Source of the DNA: Anaerolineae bacterium
GTDB lineage: Bacteria; Chloroflexota; Anaerolineae; B4-G1; DUEL01
Direction of reading: 5' to 3'
DNA length: 64,000 nt
Assembly (NCBI GenBank): GCA_041082215.1
Contig: JBDOIF010000020.1
Coordinates: 1 to 64,000, forward strand
Position numbers and translations under genes: made by a program
Part shown: positions 49,002-58,742 of the stretch, piece by piece
Numbering within the stretch: position 1 is the first letter of the stretch
Layout of the letters: every line of letters begins with the position of its first letter
The notes under the pieces: model-generated
Database searches by the model: none
Seen by the model: only the letters and a program-made list of their open reading frames with translations
What the model was told of the DNA's origin: nothing

Positions 49002-49059
49002 GTAGGACAAGCTTTAGCTTGCCCTACAAAGAAAAGGGACAAGCTAAAGCTTGTCCTAC
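49002..49059. repeat. inverted REP doublet (REPIN-like)
   Basis: gtaggacaagctttagcttgccctac + gggacaagctaaagcttgtcctac. Confidence 0.75.
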
Positions 49060-49119
49060 AAAGAAAAGCGCCCTGGAGGAGAGGGCGCTTCGGCCTGGAG
49101 AACCAGGGGAAAAGCGGGG

Positions 49120-49602
49120 CTACTCTTCTTCCTCCGGCCTGAATACCGGCTCCACATCCACGATGGTGCTCGCCGGGCTGGCCCCGCTGGAGGGACGGGC
49201 CTTCGGAGGCTCTAACTGCGGCGGCTCGATGTCGGCATGCATCATCGTCTGCCCCCTCAGGTAGGCCCCCTCGTTGAGCAAAAGCGAATTGATCGTCAGA
49301 TCTCCCCACACCCGACCGGTCTCCAGAATTTCCACCCGGTTGCCGGTGATATTCCCTTTGACCGCGCCGGAGATGGAGATATTGTTGGCCTTGATGTCGG
49401 CGATCACCTTGGCCGACTCGCCGATCACCAGATTCCCCGTGGTCTCGATATTGCCTTCGAACAGCCCGTCAATGCGAATGCCGCCCTCGGAGATGATCTC
49501 CCCCCGAAAGTGGGCGTTGGGACCGATCACCGTCTCGATCCGGGCGGAGGGGACGGGGACAGCGGCTGCCGCAGGTTCCGCTTTCTTCTCTTTACCAAAC
49601 AC
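49120..49602 (-). CDS. bactofilin (polymer-forming cytoskeletal protein)
   Basis: TVIG, IRIDG, ISGAVKGNI, VWGDL. Confidence 0.92.
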   Translation of the reverse strand: MFGKEKKAEPAAAAVPVPSARIETVIGPNAHFRGEIISEGGIRIDGLFEGNIETTGNLVIGESAKVIADIKANNISISGAVKGNITGNRVEILETGRVWGDLTINSLLLNEGAYLRGQTMMHADIEPPQLEPPKARPSSGASPASTIVDVEPVFRPEEEE

Positions 49603-49784
49603 GATATGCCTCCTTAAAACGGGACTTGTGCCGCTCTACTCGCTCTGACCACAGCGACACAGAGGATACGGAGGGTTGCTGAGGATTCAATCCCACTCAG
49701 TATTTCCCTGCGCCCTCCATTCCTCTGCGGTTCTTGACCCGCCGCAGGTATGCATCTCGTCGGACGGAGATCCAGGATACCCGG

Positions 49785-49813
49785 AATATAGACCGACCGG
49801 CCGGTTTTGTCAA
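49785..49813 (-). promoter_or_regulatory. promoter with TetR-like operator in its spacer
   Basis: TTGACA-17-TATATT; spacer holds ACCGACCGGCCGGT. Confidence 0.65.
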
Positions 49814-50298
49814 CTCGCCCCCACCATCTGCCGCGCCTGCTCCAGGGCCTGCTTTTCCTCGTCGCTCAGGCTGTAGGGAGAGGTCCACGCCGCCAGCGGC
49901 TTGCCGTAGACCCGCGTCCCTTCCCGTGAGTAGAGGGCGGAGAGCACAACCCCATTGCCGCTTCCGTCCACCAGCGCCAGGGCGAAGCTCTGGTCGCCGC
50001 CCGTGTCCTGAAAAGCCCGAAAACGGACCATGCCGATGCCCTGGACGGAGTGGCCCAGCGTCGCCTCCAGTTGACGGGCCAGCTTTTCCAGCCTGCCCAC
50101 CCGGTCCTGCATACCGTCGAACCGGATCATCAACGCCTCCGCACTGGCCTGCCCCTCCGCCCCCTCGACACCGCCGAGCAGCCGCTCGTACCGGTCCTGC
50201 AGCCGCCGCTGACGGGTCTGCAGGTCGAACTGCCAGACGATGTTGAGCAGGGAGAGGACCGTCACGGCGATGATCCAGATCAGTTGAGTCGTCTCCAT
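49810..50298 (-). CDS. DUF4446-like protein
   Basis: TM, coiled coil, VRFRAFQDTGGDQSFALAL, YSLSDEE. Confidence 0.8.
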   Translation of the reverse strand: METTQLIWIIAVTVLSLLNIVWQFDLQTRQRRLQDRYERLLGGVEGAEGQASAEALMIRFDGMQDRVGRLEKLARQLEATLGHSVQGIGMVRFRAFQDTGGDQSFALALVDGSGNGVVLSALYSREGTRVYGKPLAAWTSPYSLSDEEKQALEQARQMVGAS

Positions 50299-50312
50299 AC
50301 TGCCACCCCCTC

Positions 50313-52673
50313 TCACGGCGCTTCCACCCGTACCGGCCCCAGGATCACCCGGTCGCCGGCCAGGCTCCCTGCCAAGTCTACCACAGGAAGGCGACGAAGG
50401 GAAGTCATCCCGTACATCCCCACCTCCACCCAGTAATCGCCCGGCGGCAGGTCGGCAGGGAGGACCAGCCGGTACGGATCGGTGTAGGTCTGACCGGGCA
50501 GCCATTTGGGGAACCACAGGTACGTGGGGGCGGCGCCGCCCAGGGGGGTGTAGTCGTGGCCGGTGACGTACCGGCCTGCCCCGTCCAGCAGGTGGATGAA
50601 GACGGTGTAGCTGTCCCGCGGAGGGGCGAGGGCACGCCAGGTGAGGGTGAGGTGGAGGGGATCCCCCGGCCTTGCGGTCAGCGGCTCCTCCCACGGAGCC
50701 TGGCGCATCCGCCACCCCACCCGTGCCCGCGCCTCTACCAGCGCGATCTGGTTATCCAGATTCGCCAGCAGCTCCCTTAACGCCCGCTCTGAAGGACGGT
50801 CCGGGTTGGGCAGCACCGTGATCCTGGCCAGCTCCACCCGCGTCCCACCGACGGAAAGGGGAAGCTCCTCCCGTCCCCCCGTCAGGTCGGCGTAGCCCAG
50901 CCGGAGCGGATATTCTCCCGGCGGGAGGGTGAAGGGGACCGGGATCTCATACCGTTCTACCACCACCTCGCCGGGCAGCCACTGATTGGTGAGCAGCCGA
51001 CTGTCGGTGGTCCATCGGGCCTCGACCGGCCCCAGCTCCGCGAAGGGCATCCAGATCCCCTCCACCGGCTCCGGCGCGCTCTGGTAGAGCACCAGCACCA
51101 GCGGCTCTCCTGCCCGCACGGTGGTCGAAACCAGGTCGTAGCCCATGATGTGAATCCGACCGTCGGCCCAGAGGTCCAGCGGATAGGAGGGGGAAGCATC
51201 GCTCGCCGGCGGGGGGACCACGCGGTAGAACCGGCCCTCCGGCACCAGCCGGAAGCCCGCGTCCCTTACCGGCGGACGGTAGTCCGGCAGGTAGACCGGT
51301 CCCTCCTCGATATGGGCCCAGACCGATTCGGCCCACGGAGTGGCGGTGGAGACGTAGATCAGCTTCACATCCGTCTCATCGAGCCTCTCCCCCTCTGTGT
51401 AGGTATGGACCCAGAGGGGGGTCAGGTATTCCCAGGCCGAAAGGAGCACCGCCCCCTCCCCCTGCCCGTCGAACCGCCGGTACACCGAGGCTACCCACTC
51501 CTCGGCATCGGCAAAATCCCGCAGGGAGATCCCCCGCGAGAGGTTGAGGCCGGCCTGAAGGAAGGGCCAGGGGAGGAGTAGGAGGAGCGTCCAATGGGAC
51601 AATAACCAATGACCAGTAAGGCGGGGGAGGCGGGCCGCGAGGGCGATGACGGCCGCGCCGCCGACGCCGGCCAGAAGGGCAAAAGCGGCGAGGGGCAGCA
51701 GCAGGTAGGCCATCACATCCTGCACGGTGTTCAGGGTGAAGCTCAGGTGGCCCAGGAGGAACAGGCCCAGCAGGAGGGCGGGGCGGGGAGCGCGACGGAT
51801 CAGCTCGACCATCCCCAGGAGGATGAGCAGGAGGGTGGGGAGGGGAAACTGCAGGCGGAGGATGGACCAGAGGACAGTTGCGCGGTCAGGCTGGTCGGCC
51901 AGGCCGAAATGAAAGAGATTGACCCGCAGCCCCCGGGCGGTGACGTGGCGAAGAAACCCCTCCCAGGTGTTCATATCCGTCGGGCCAAAGGGGGCCGTCG
52001 GGCTGCGCAGTGGGTAGTAGAGAAAGGGGGCCAGCCCCAGGAGCAGGCAGCCGGTCAGTAACAAAAGGAGCTTCCCCTGCCGCAGGATGCGGGGCCGGAC
52101 GACCAGGATGAAGAGGATGTAGGCTGGAACCCCCATCAGAGTGATTGGATGATGGGTGACGGCCAGCCCCAGGGTCAGCACAAGGGCCGCCAGCCATCGG
52201 TCCCGTCCGGTGCGGTGCCAGCGAGCCAGAAGCCACAGGTGGGTGGCGGCCAGCGCCGCGCTGACGATGTGGGCGTTGGCGTGGATGGCATGTTGCCAGA
52301 AGTCGGGCGCGGCGGCGAGGGAAAGGGAGGATAGGGAGCAAAAAGCGGGAAGCAGGAGGGGGGAGACGGAAGACGGAAGACGGGAGGAGAGGATAAGCTC
52401 CCGGGTAGTGAGATAGACGGCAGTGGCGGCCCAGGCACCGACGGCGGCGGCGAGGAGGTTGGTACGAAAGGCTACGCTCCCCACCGGAACCAGACACTGC
52501 CATAGCCGGGCCAGCAGGGTGTAGAAGGCGTAGCCCGGCGGGTGGGCGATGCCCAGGATGGCCGGTACGAACTGGTACTCAGAGGGATCGCCAAAAAGAG
52601 TGCCGGGAGCGGCAGTGGCGGCGTAGAGGGCAAAAAGAGCCAGGTAGAGAAGAAGGGGAATGGCAGACCTCAC
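50313..52673 (-). CDS. DUF2723/TMEM260-like GT-C glycosyltransferase
   Basis: GDPSEY, AHPPGY, many TMs, C-terminal Ig-like domains (DSYTVFIHL); start approximate. Confidence 0.8.
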   Translation of the reverse strand: MRSAIPLLLYLALFALYAATAAPGTLFGDPSEYQFVPAILGIAHPPGYAFYTLLARLWQCLVPVGSVAFRTNLLAAAVGAWAATAVYLTTRELILSSRLPSSVSPLLLPAFCSLSSLSLAAAPDFWQHAIHANAHIVSAALAATHLWLLARWHRTGRDRWLAALVLTLGLAVTHHPITLMGVPAYILFILVVRPRILRQGKLLLLLTGCLLLGLAPFLYYPLRSPTAPFGPTDMNTWEGFLRHVTARGLRVNLFHFGLADQPDRATVLWSILRLQFPLPTLLLILLGMVELIRRAPRPALLLGLFLLGHLSFTLNTVQDVMAYLLLPLAAFALLAGVGGAAVIALAARLPRLTGHWLLSHWTLLLLLPWPFLQAGLNLSRGISLRDFADAEEWVASVYRRFDGQGEGAVLLSAWEYLTPLWVHTYTEGERLDETDVKLIYVSTATPWAESVWAHIEEGPVYLPDYRPPVRDAGFRLVPEGRFYRVVPPPASDASPSYPLDLWADGRIHIMGYDLVSTTVRAGEPLVLVLYQSAPEPVEGIWMPFAELGPVEARWTTDSRLLTNQWLPGEVVVERYEIPVPFTLPPGEYPLRLGYADLTGGREELPLSVGGTRVELARITVLPNPDRPSERALRELLANLDNQIALVEARARVGWRMRQAPWEEPLTARPGDPLHLTLTWRALAPPRDSYTVFIHLLDGAGRYVTGHDYTPLGGAAPTYLWFPKWLPGQTYTDPYRLVLPADLPPGDYWVEVGMYGMTSLRRLPVVDLAGSLAGDRVILGPVRVEAP

Positions 52674-52763
52674 CCCTACCCCCCTACCGGAAGGGGGTGA
52701 GGGGGATGGGGTGAGGTCAGAGGCCGACGATGAGCGTTCGTGTCCAAACTCTTGTCCGAACCC
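52665..52763 (-). repeat. partial copy of the 57505 element
   Basis: ggacacgaacgctcatcgtcggcctctgacctcacc shared with 57509-57545. Confidence 0.65.
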
Positions 52764-52839
52764 CACAGGTTCCTTGTCGGATTCTCGATTTATGGTATAA
52801 TTTTCTTTTGCCTGCATGTAAGAAGCCTGAGGTGATAAG

Positions 52840-53193
52840 ATGAACCTGGTTGAATCGCTGGATCGGCAACTGGAACGCAACCCCGGTATCCCGGACCTGC
52901 GACCGGGTGACGCGGTGCGGGTCCATGCTCGCATCGTCGAAGGAGATCGAGAGCGGGTGCAGGTCTTTCAGGGGACGGTTATCCGCGTGCGGGGGAGTGG
53001 GGCTGGGGCCAGTTTCACCGTGCGCCGCATCGCTGCCCATGGGATCGGCGTTGAGCGGACTTTTCCCCTCTATTCCCCCTGGGTTGAAAGAGTCGAGATC
53101 ACTCGCCGGGCCAAGGTTCGACGAGGACGATTGTACTTCCTTCGCAGTCGGCAGGGCAAAGCAGCCCGCCTGAAGGAGAAACGAACTCAATAG
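52840..53193 (+). CDS. rplS: 50S ribosomal protein L19
   Basis: RPGDAVRVH, EGDRERVQ, GVERTFP, KVRR. Confidence 0.97.
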   Translation: MNLVESLDRQLERNPGIPDLRPGDAVRVHARIVEGDRERVQVFQGTVIRVRGSGAGASFTVRRIAAHGIGVERTFPLYSPWVERVEITRRAKVRRGRLYFLRSRQGKAARLKEKRTQ

Positions 53194-53248
53194 GATACAG
53201 GTCGGTGCTCACCGTCTGCTGGCGCTGCCCGGACGGCTCCGAACCGAC

Positions 53249-53500
53249 TCAGCCCGTAGTGGGCTCTTTCGGTTCCTGGAGGACGACCGGGCGGCCCTGT
53301 TTGAAAGCCTCCAGTTGTGCTTCCAGCTCAGCCCGCTTGGCGGCCGCGGCCTGCTGCCCTTTTTCGATCAGCCCCTGGACCTGGGTACGGATGCGCTGTC
53401 GCAGCTCCGGCCCGGCATACGGCGTCAGCAGCAGGCCGACCACCCCGCCGACCAGCGCACCGCAGATCAGGCCAGCCAGAAAAGCGAAGAGCTTACGCAT
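53249..53500 (-). CDS. YtxH-like protein
   Basis: FLAGLICGALVG..LLLTPYAGPELR. Confidence 0.8.
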   Translation of the reverse strand: MRKLFAFLAGLICGALVGGVVGLLLTPYAGPELRQRIRTQVQGLIEKGQQAAAAKRAELEAQLEAFKQGRPVVLQEPKEPTTG

Positions 53501-53656
53501 ACCGACCTCCCTGTTCTTCTCCCCATAGTCCCAGCCAAGTAGGGTCATTATACCCGGATCATCCCGCTTTGCAAGTTCTGCCCGGGACTTTTCCTGTTGT
53601 CGTTCCGCTCTGTCTGGGCTATAATGGCTCATAATGGCCGCTAGAGGGGGGTGGCG

Positions 53657-54070
53657 ATGATTGAATTGCTCTCCATACTGGTCCTCACGTTCTCCCTGAC
53701 CCTGATCCTGTTGGGGCTGGTGACGGTGTGGCTGGAGCGGAAGCCGGGGCGATGGCAGGGGATCGCTATGAGCCTGCTGGGGCTGCTGGTGGGGGCGGGG
53801 TACGCCTTCCTGGGCAGCCGCTTCTCCCTCGCCCTTTTCGGTCGGCTCATCGTGCGGGTCAACCTGCCGGCCCTGATGGCGACGGCCCTCACCTACACCG
53901 TGGGGGTGCTGGCGGGTGCTGCGCTGGCCTTCGGCCTTTTCCTCTGGGCCACCGGCCGCTACCAGACCTGGCAGATTCGTCGTCGGTTGCTGGCGATGGC
54001 CTTCGTCACGGTCCTGGTGGTGGTCCTGCTGACCTTCGCCGCGGTCTGGCTCAGTCGTCTGCCGGGGTGA
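53657..54070 (+). CDS. 4-TM hypothetical membrane protein
   Basis: hydrophobic ORF with SD. Confidence 0.7.
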   Translation: MIELLSILVLTFSLTLILLGLVTVWLERKPGRWQGIAMSLLGLLVGAGYAFLGSRFSLALFGRLIVRVNLPALMATALTYTVGVLAGAALAFGLFLWATGRYQTWQIRRRLLAMAFVTVLVVVLLTFAAVWLSRLPG

Positions 54071-54078
54071 GGGAGACG

Positions 54079-54693
54079 ATGATTGGAGTCGAAGAGGCTC
54101 GCCGCTACTACGAGGGGGCAGAGACAAGCCACGACTTCGACCACGTGCTGCGGGTCCTGGCGCTGGCGGAGCGGATCGTCCGGGAGGAAGGAGGGGACCT
54201 GGAGGTGGTGCGGGCTGCCGCTCTTCTGCACGATTTAGGCCGGGCGGAGGAGCGATCCGGCGGGCGGGACCACGCCGCCGTCGCCGCAGAGCGGGCCCGG
54301 CAGATTCTCGAAGGCCATCCCTCCGATAAGATCGAGGCTGTAGCCCATGCCATCGCCGCCCACCGCTTTCGCCGCGGTCCCGCCCCGGCCACCCCCGAGG
54401 CCCGGGCCCTCTTCGATGCCGACAAGCTGGACGCGATAGGGGCCATCGGTGTGGCGCGGGCCTTTGCCCACGCCGGAGCCCGCGGCTGTTCCCTCTGGGT
54501 CCCCCTGGAGACGGCACGCGCAGAAGGGGAGGAAGCCGCCAACTATACCCCGGTCCACGAGTTCGTCGTCAAACTCTCCCGCCTGCGAGATGTGCTCACA
54601 ACCGAGACTGGCCGGGCCATCGCCAGAGAGCGCCACGCTTTTATGGAGGCTTTCTTTGCCCGGCTGGAGGCCGAGGTACGGGGAGAGCAGTAG
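54079..54693 (+). CDS. HD-domain hydrolase
   Basis: HDFDHVLRV, LLHD, DADKLDAIGA. Confidence 0.9.
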   Translation: MIGVEEARRYYEGAETSHDFDHVLRVLALAERIVREEGGDLEVVRAAALLHDLGRAEERSGGRDHAAVAAERARQILEGHPSDKIEAVAHAIAAHRFRRGPAPATPEARALFDADKLDAIGAIGVARAFAHAGARGCSLWVPLETARAEGEEAANYTPVHEFVVKLSRLRDVLTTETGRAIARERHAFMEAFFARLEAEVRGEQ

Positions 54694-54699
54694 AGACAG

Positions 54700-55758
54700 A
54701 TGGGGGAAGTACAAAGAAGGAAACCCTTATGGCGGCAGCTCGCCAATGGCCTGTCGGGGCTGGCCCTTTTTGTTATCTCCCTGGGGCTTATGAAAGAAGG
54801 GGCGGGAGGGCTGGCTCCACTGCTGCAGGGACACCTGGAGATCCGCAACGTCGCCGACAGCCTGGGCTTTGGCTGGCTGATGGCCTGCCTGGTTCTGAGC
54901 GGATCGCCAGTGGCGGCAGCAGCAGTGGCCCTCCTCAGTTCCCACGTGCTCTACCCCGCCCAGGCCTTCGCTATGATCACAGGCTCCCGCATGGGGGCCT
55001 CCTCTGTTGTGCTTCTGGTGGGTTTCATCTATGCCCTGCGGCAACATGAGCGCTGGACCGCGTTGACAGCCGGTGTGCTTTCCCTCCTGCTCACCAGCTC
55101 CATCCAGGCGATGGTCCTGCCCCTGGGGCTGGAGCTGATCCGCCGCGGATGGCTGAGCAACCCCTCCCTCCCCGTTCTGGAGGGGGCGGCGATCGGCGTG
55201 AACCGGTTCCTGGACCCCGTGCTCCACTTTCTGGCCGCCCTCTTTCCCAACTGGATGCTCTTTGTCGGCGGTGTGGGGCTGATCACGCTCAGCTTTCACC
55301 TCTTCGACCAGGCCCTGCCTTCCCTTCCGTTGCAGAAGACCGATTTCGGCCAGATCCCCCGCCTGGTCTACCGTCCTGAGGTGATGTTCCTCATGGGGTT
55401 GGTGGTCACTTTCCTCACCCTCTCCGTCTCCGTCTCGGTAGGCCTCCTGGTCCCTCTCTCCACCCGGAGGTACATCCGACGCGAGAACATCATCCCCTAC
55501 ATCCTGGGAGCCAACATTTCCACACTGGTAGATACCCTGGCCGCGGCGGCGCTCCTGGGGGACCCCCGTGCGGTGAGCGTGGTGGTAATCCATATGCTCT
55601 GCGCGGCGATGATCTCCCTCCCTCTGATCCTGCTGGCCTACCGTCCATATGAGCGGCTCATCTCCAACAGCCTGGAGTGGATCACCCGGTCTCGAAGAAA
55701 CTTCGCCGTTTTTCTCGGCGTAGCCTTTCTGCTTCCCGTCTTCCTGATCCTGTTGTAG
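54700..55758 (+). CDS. Na+/phosphate cotransporter-like membrane protein
   Basis: LSGS, GSRMGAS, LSVSVS, GANIST inverted-repeat motifs. Confidence 0.7.
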   Translation: MGEVQRRKPLWRQLANGLSGLALFVISLGLMKEGAGGLAPLLQGHLEIRNVADSLGFGWLMACLVLSGSPVAAAAVALLSSHVLYPAQAFAMITGSRMGASSVVLLVGFIYALRQHERWTALTAGVLSLLLTSSIQAMVLPLGLELIRRGWLSNPSLPVLEGAAIGVNRFLDPVLHFLAALFPNWMLFVGGVGLITLSFHLFDQALPSLPLQKTDFGQIPRLVYRPEVMFLMGLVVTFLTLSVSVSVGLLVPLSTRRYIRRENIIPYILGANISTLVDTLAAAALLGDPRAVSVVVIHMLCAAMISLPLILLAYRPYERLISNSLEWITRSRRNFAVFLGVAFLLPVFLILL

Positions 55759-55771
55759 GTGGGATAGGGCG

Positions 55772-56632
55772 ATGAGGGTCCTGCTTTGCACAAACGGTTC
55801 TCCACATACGGTCCGGGCTTTGCAAACAGGTTCACGTGTCGCACAGGCGACAGCCGCCACTGTGGACATCCTGGTCGTGCTCAAGGACGGCCAGGAGGAG
55901 CAGGCTGCTCTTCCGGCCCAGGCCGTCGCTTCCGATCTGGAGGCTATCGGAGTGCCGGTCACCCTGCTCCACCGGAGCGGCCGGCTGGCCGAGGAGGTGG
56001 TCCGTCAGGCCAGAGCCGCTCCATACGACCTGGTCGTCATCGGCAGCCGGGGGCGACGGGGATTGGTGCGGCTGATTCTGGGTTCGGTCGCCCTCCACGT
56101 CACCGAGCACGTCCCCGCCTCGGTCCTGGTTGTCAAGGGCCGGGTGGGTGAACTGAAAAAGCTTCTGGTCTGCTCGGCTGCCGGACCGGCCAGTGAACTC
56201 ACCACCCGTTTCGCCAGCCACCTGGCCCGGGCACTGGGGGCCTCCGTGACCCTCCTCCACGTGATGTCTCAACTGCCTCTGGCGGAGGAGGCGGTGCTGG
56301 AGGACCTGGAGGCATCGGCGGCAGCTCTGATCCAGCGCGGTTCACGAGAGGGGGTCCACCTGGCTCAGATGCTGGCCCTTCTGGAGGCGGAGGGTGTAGC
56401 CGGGCGGGCCATCGTCCGTCACGGACTGGTGCTGGATGAGATCCTGGAGGAGGGCCGAGAGGGGGACTACGACCTCCTGGTGACCGGAGCACACATCACC
56501 CCCGGCCTGAACGCCTGGCTTGTGGACGACCTGAGCGCCGATATTCTGCTGGCCGCCGATCGGCCGGTTCTGGTCGTCCGCCAGCTACCCGCCAAGCTGG
56601 AGCCGCAACCAGCTCAGAATCAGGTCGGATAG
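55772..56632 (+). CDS. tandem universal stress protein
   Basis: DLVVIGSRG..LGSV, PVLVV; two domains. Confidence 0.88.
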   Translation: MRVLLCTNGSPHTVRALQTGSRVAQATAATVDILVVLKDGQEEQAALPAQAVASDLEAIGVPVTLLHRSGRLAEEVVRQARAAPYDLVVIGSRGRRGLVRLILGSVALHVTEHVPASVLVVKGRVGELKKLLVCSAAGPASELTTRFASHLARALGASVTLLHVMSQLPLAEEAVLEDLEASAAALIQRGSREGVHLAQMLALLEAEGVAGRAIVRHGLVLDEILEEGREGDYDLLVTGAHITPGLNAWLVDDLSADILLAADRPVLVVRQLPAKLEPQPAQNQVG

Positions 56633-57367
56633 GTCCGGCTGCGGGCCGAACATGTGGGTCCCGTGGCCTGCGCTGGGGTAAAGGGTGAGCACGTGCGGTC
56701 CCTGGGCGAGCCCGTCCAGCCTCTGGGCCGATTCGGCGGCATAGGCGTCGTCCTGACTGGCAACGATGAGGATCGGCCGTTCGCCGTAGGCGACGATCGC
56801 CTCCTCCGTCCGCACGCCCCGGTAATCCAGCCCGGGGGAGAGGAGGACGACGGCCCGCACCCGGGGTTCGGCGGCCGCCGCCACCAGCGCCAGGTTGGCC
56901 CCGATGCTGGCCCCGACGATCGCCGTCTGCTCCGGGTCCACCTCAGGCTGAGCGACCAGCGTCGCCCAGGCCCGGGCCACGTCGTCGGGCATGGCGGCCC
57001 AATCCGGCTCCCCTCCGCTTTCCCCATGCCCGCGCAGGTCAAGCGCCAGCACCGCGTACCCCTCCTCCTGCAGCCGCGTGGCGAAGGGGGCCCAGTCTTC
57101 CTTCTGTCGGCCCATCATATGGAGGAGCAGTACTCCCGGCGCAGGCGGTGTGGACGGAGGATAGAAGGCCCCCACCAGCGTCACCCCGTCGGCAGTGGTG
57201 AACGAAAGAAGCCTGTAATGGGTGGAGGAAACAGGGGTGGCCGTCGGGGTGGTGGTGACACGCTCTCCGGCGGCGGATGGGACCGAAGGGGAGGCCCCAC
57301 TCCCCCCACAGGCAGCCAGCAAAAAGACCGGAAGCATCAACCAGCAGAACACAGGAAGCGATCTCAA
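56585..57367 (-). CDS. alpha/beta hydrolase lipoprotein
   Basis: lipobox LAAC; DLRGHGES, GASIG, AGHGT. Confidence 0.88.
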   Translation of the reverse strand: MRSLPVFCWLMLPVFLLAACGGSGASPSVPSAAGERVTTTPTATPVSSTHYRLLSFTTADGVTLVGAFYPPSTPPAPGVLLLHMMGRQKEDWAPFATRLQEEGYAVLALDLRGHGESGGEPDWAAMPDDVARAWATLVAQPEVDPEQTAIVGASIGANLALVAAAAEPRVRAVVLLSPGLDYRGVRTEEAIVAYGERPILIVASQDDAYAAESAQRLDGLAQGPHVLTLYPSAGHGTHMFGPQPDLSDLILSWLRLQLGG

Positions 57368-57504
57368 GCTCTACCTCGCTGAGAGGAACTGCGCAATTTC
57401 ATCGGTTCTCACCACGGAAGCACAGAGGACACGGAGAAACGGGACTTTCCGCTTTAGTTTACCACAATCAGGGCGGAGCGGCCAGCGGTTGACCACGGAC
57501 ATTA

Positions 57505-57649
57505 GTTCGGACACAAACGCTCATCGGCCGCTTCTGACCTCACCTCATCCCCCTCACCCCACCCCCTGGCCCCCTCCCCTCGCCCGCCGCGCGAGAGAGG
57601 GGAGGGGGTAGGGGGAAGGGTGAGGGTCGCTTTCCTACCCTGTCTGAAC
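57505..57649 (+). repeat. C-rich/G-rich palindromic element with short terminal inverted repeats
   Basis: GTTCGGACA...TGTCTGAAC enclosing ccctcacc...ggtgaggg arms. Confidence 0.6.
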
Positions 57650-57704
57650 CCTTGTACGAAGCCCAGGTTGACACCCTCCCCCAGCCGCAATATACTCCCC
57701 AACG

Positions 57705-58742
57705 ATGGGAGCGATCGAATGTCTTAAGGAAGCGGCTCGCCACCTGGGATTCGACCTGCTGGGCGTCGCCCCGGCCAGCCTGCCCCCCGCCCATCTGCAG
57801 GCCTACCGGGAATGGCTGGCCCGTGGAGAGCATGGGGAGATGGCCTATATGGCCCGCCCCGACCGGGTAGCCCGACGGGAGGACCCCGCCCGTATCCTGC
57901 CGGGGGTCCGCTCCGTGCTCTGCGTGGCGGTCAACTACTACCCGGGGCCATCCCCAGAACCCCCCGACCATCGGCTAAGGGGCCGGGTCTCCGCCTATGC
58001 CTGGGGGATGGACTATCACGACTGGGTGCTGCCGCGCCTGGAGGAGCTGGCCGCCGTGGTCCGGGATGAAACGGGGGGAGAGATCCGTTACCGGGCCTAT
58101 GTGGACACCGGCCCGGTGCTGGAGCGGGCCTTTGCCGCCCGGGCGGGGCTGGGCTTCATCGGCAAGAACACCTGTCTGATCCACCCCCGGCTGGGCTCGT
58201 GGTTGTTCCTGGGGGAGCTGCTGGTGGACGCGATGCTTCCACCCACTGGCCCGCCGCTCCCCTCCCGCTGCGGCACCTGCACCCGCTGTCTGGAGGCCTG
58301 CCCCACCGGTGCGCTGGTGGCCCCCTACCGGCTGGATGCGCGCCGCTGCATTTCTTATTTGACTATAGAATATAAAGGTCCCATCCCCCTCGAGCTGCGG
58401 CCCCTGATGGGGAACTGGATCTACGGCTGCGACCTCTGCCAGAGGGTCTGTCCCTGGCAGCGTTTCGCCCGGCCCACGGAGGCGGGAGCGTTCCGGGCCG
58501 CCTCGCCGGATCGGGCCGTGCCCCCGCTTCTGGAGCTGATAGAGCTGGACGAGGCGGGCTTCCGGGAGCGGTTCGCGGAGAGCCCCATCCGTCGCATTGG
58601 CCGGGGGCGATTGCTGCGCAACGTGGCGGTGGCGCTGGGGAACCTGGGCGACCGGCGGGCCAGGTCGGCGCTGGTGCGGGCAGCAGAGGACCCTGATCCG
58701 CTGGTACAGGAGCACGCCGTCTGGGCGCTGGACCGCTTGTAG
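57705..58742 (+). CDS. queG: epoxyqueuosine reductase
   Basis: YVDTGPVLER, GKNT, CGTCTRCLEACPT, GCDLCQRVCP. Confidence 0.95.
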   Translation: MGAIECLKEAARHLGFDLLGVAPASLPPAHLQAYREWLARGEHGEMAYMARPDRVARREDPARILPGVRSVLCVAVNYYPGPSPEPPDHRLRGRVSAYAWGMDYHDWVLPRLEELAAVVRDETGGEIRYRAYVDTGPVLERAFAARAGLGFIGKNTCLIHPRLGSWLFLGELLVDAMLPPTGPPLPSRCGTCTRCLEACPTGALVAPYRLDARRCISYLTIEYKGPIPLELRPLMGNWIYGCDLCQRVCPWQRFARPTEAGAFRAASPDRAVPPLLELIELDEAGFRERFAESPIRRIGRGRLLRNVAVALGNLGDRRARSALVRAAEDPDPLVQEHAVWALDRL

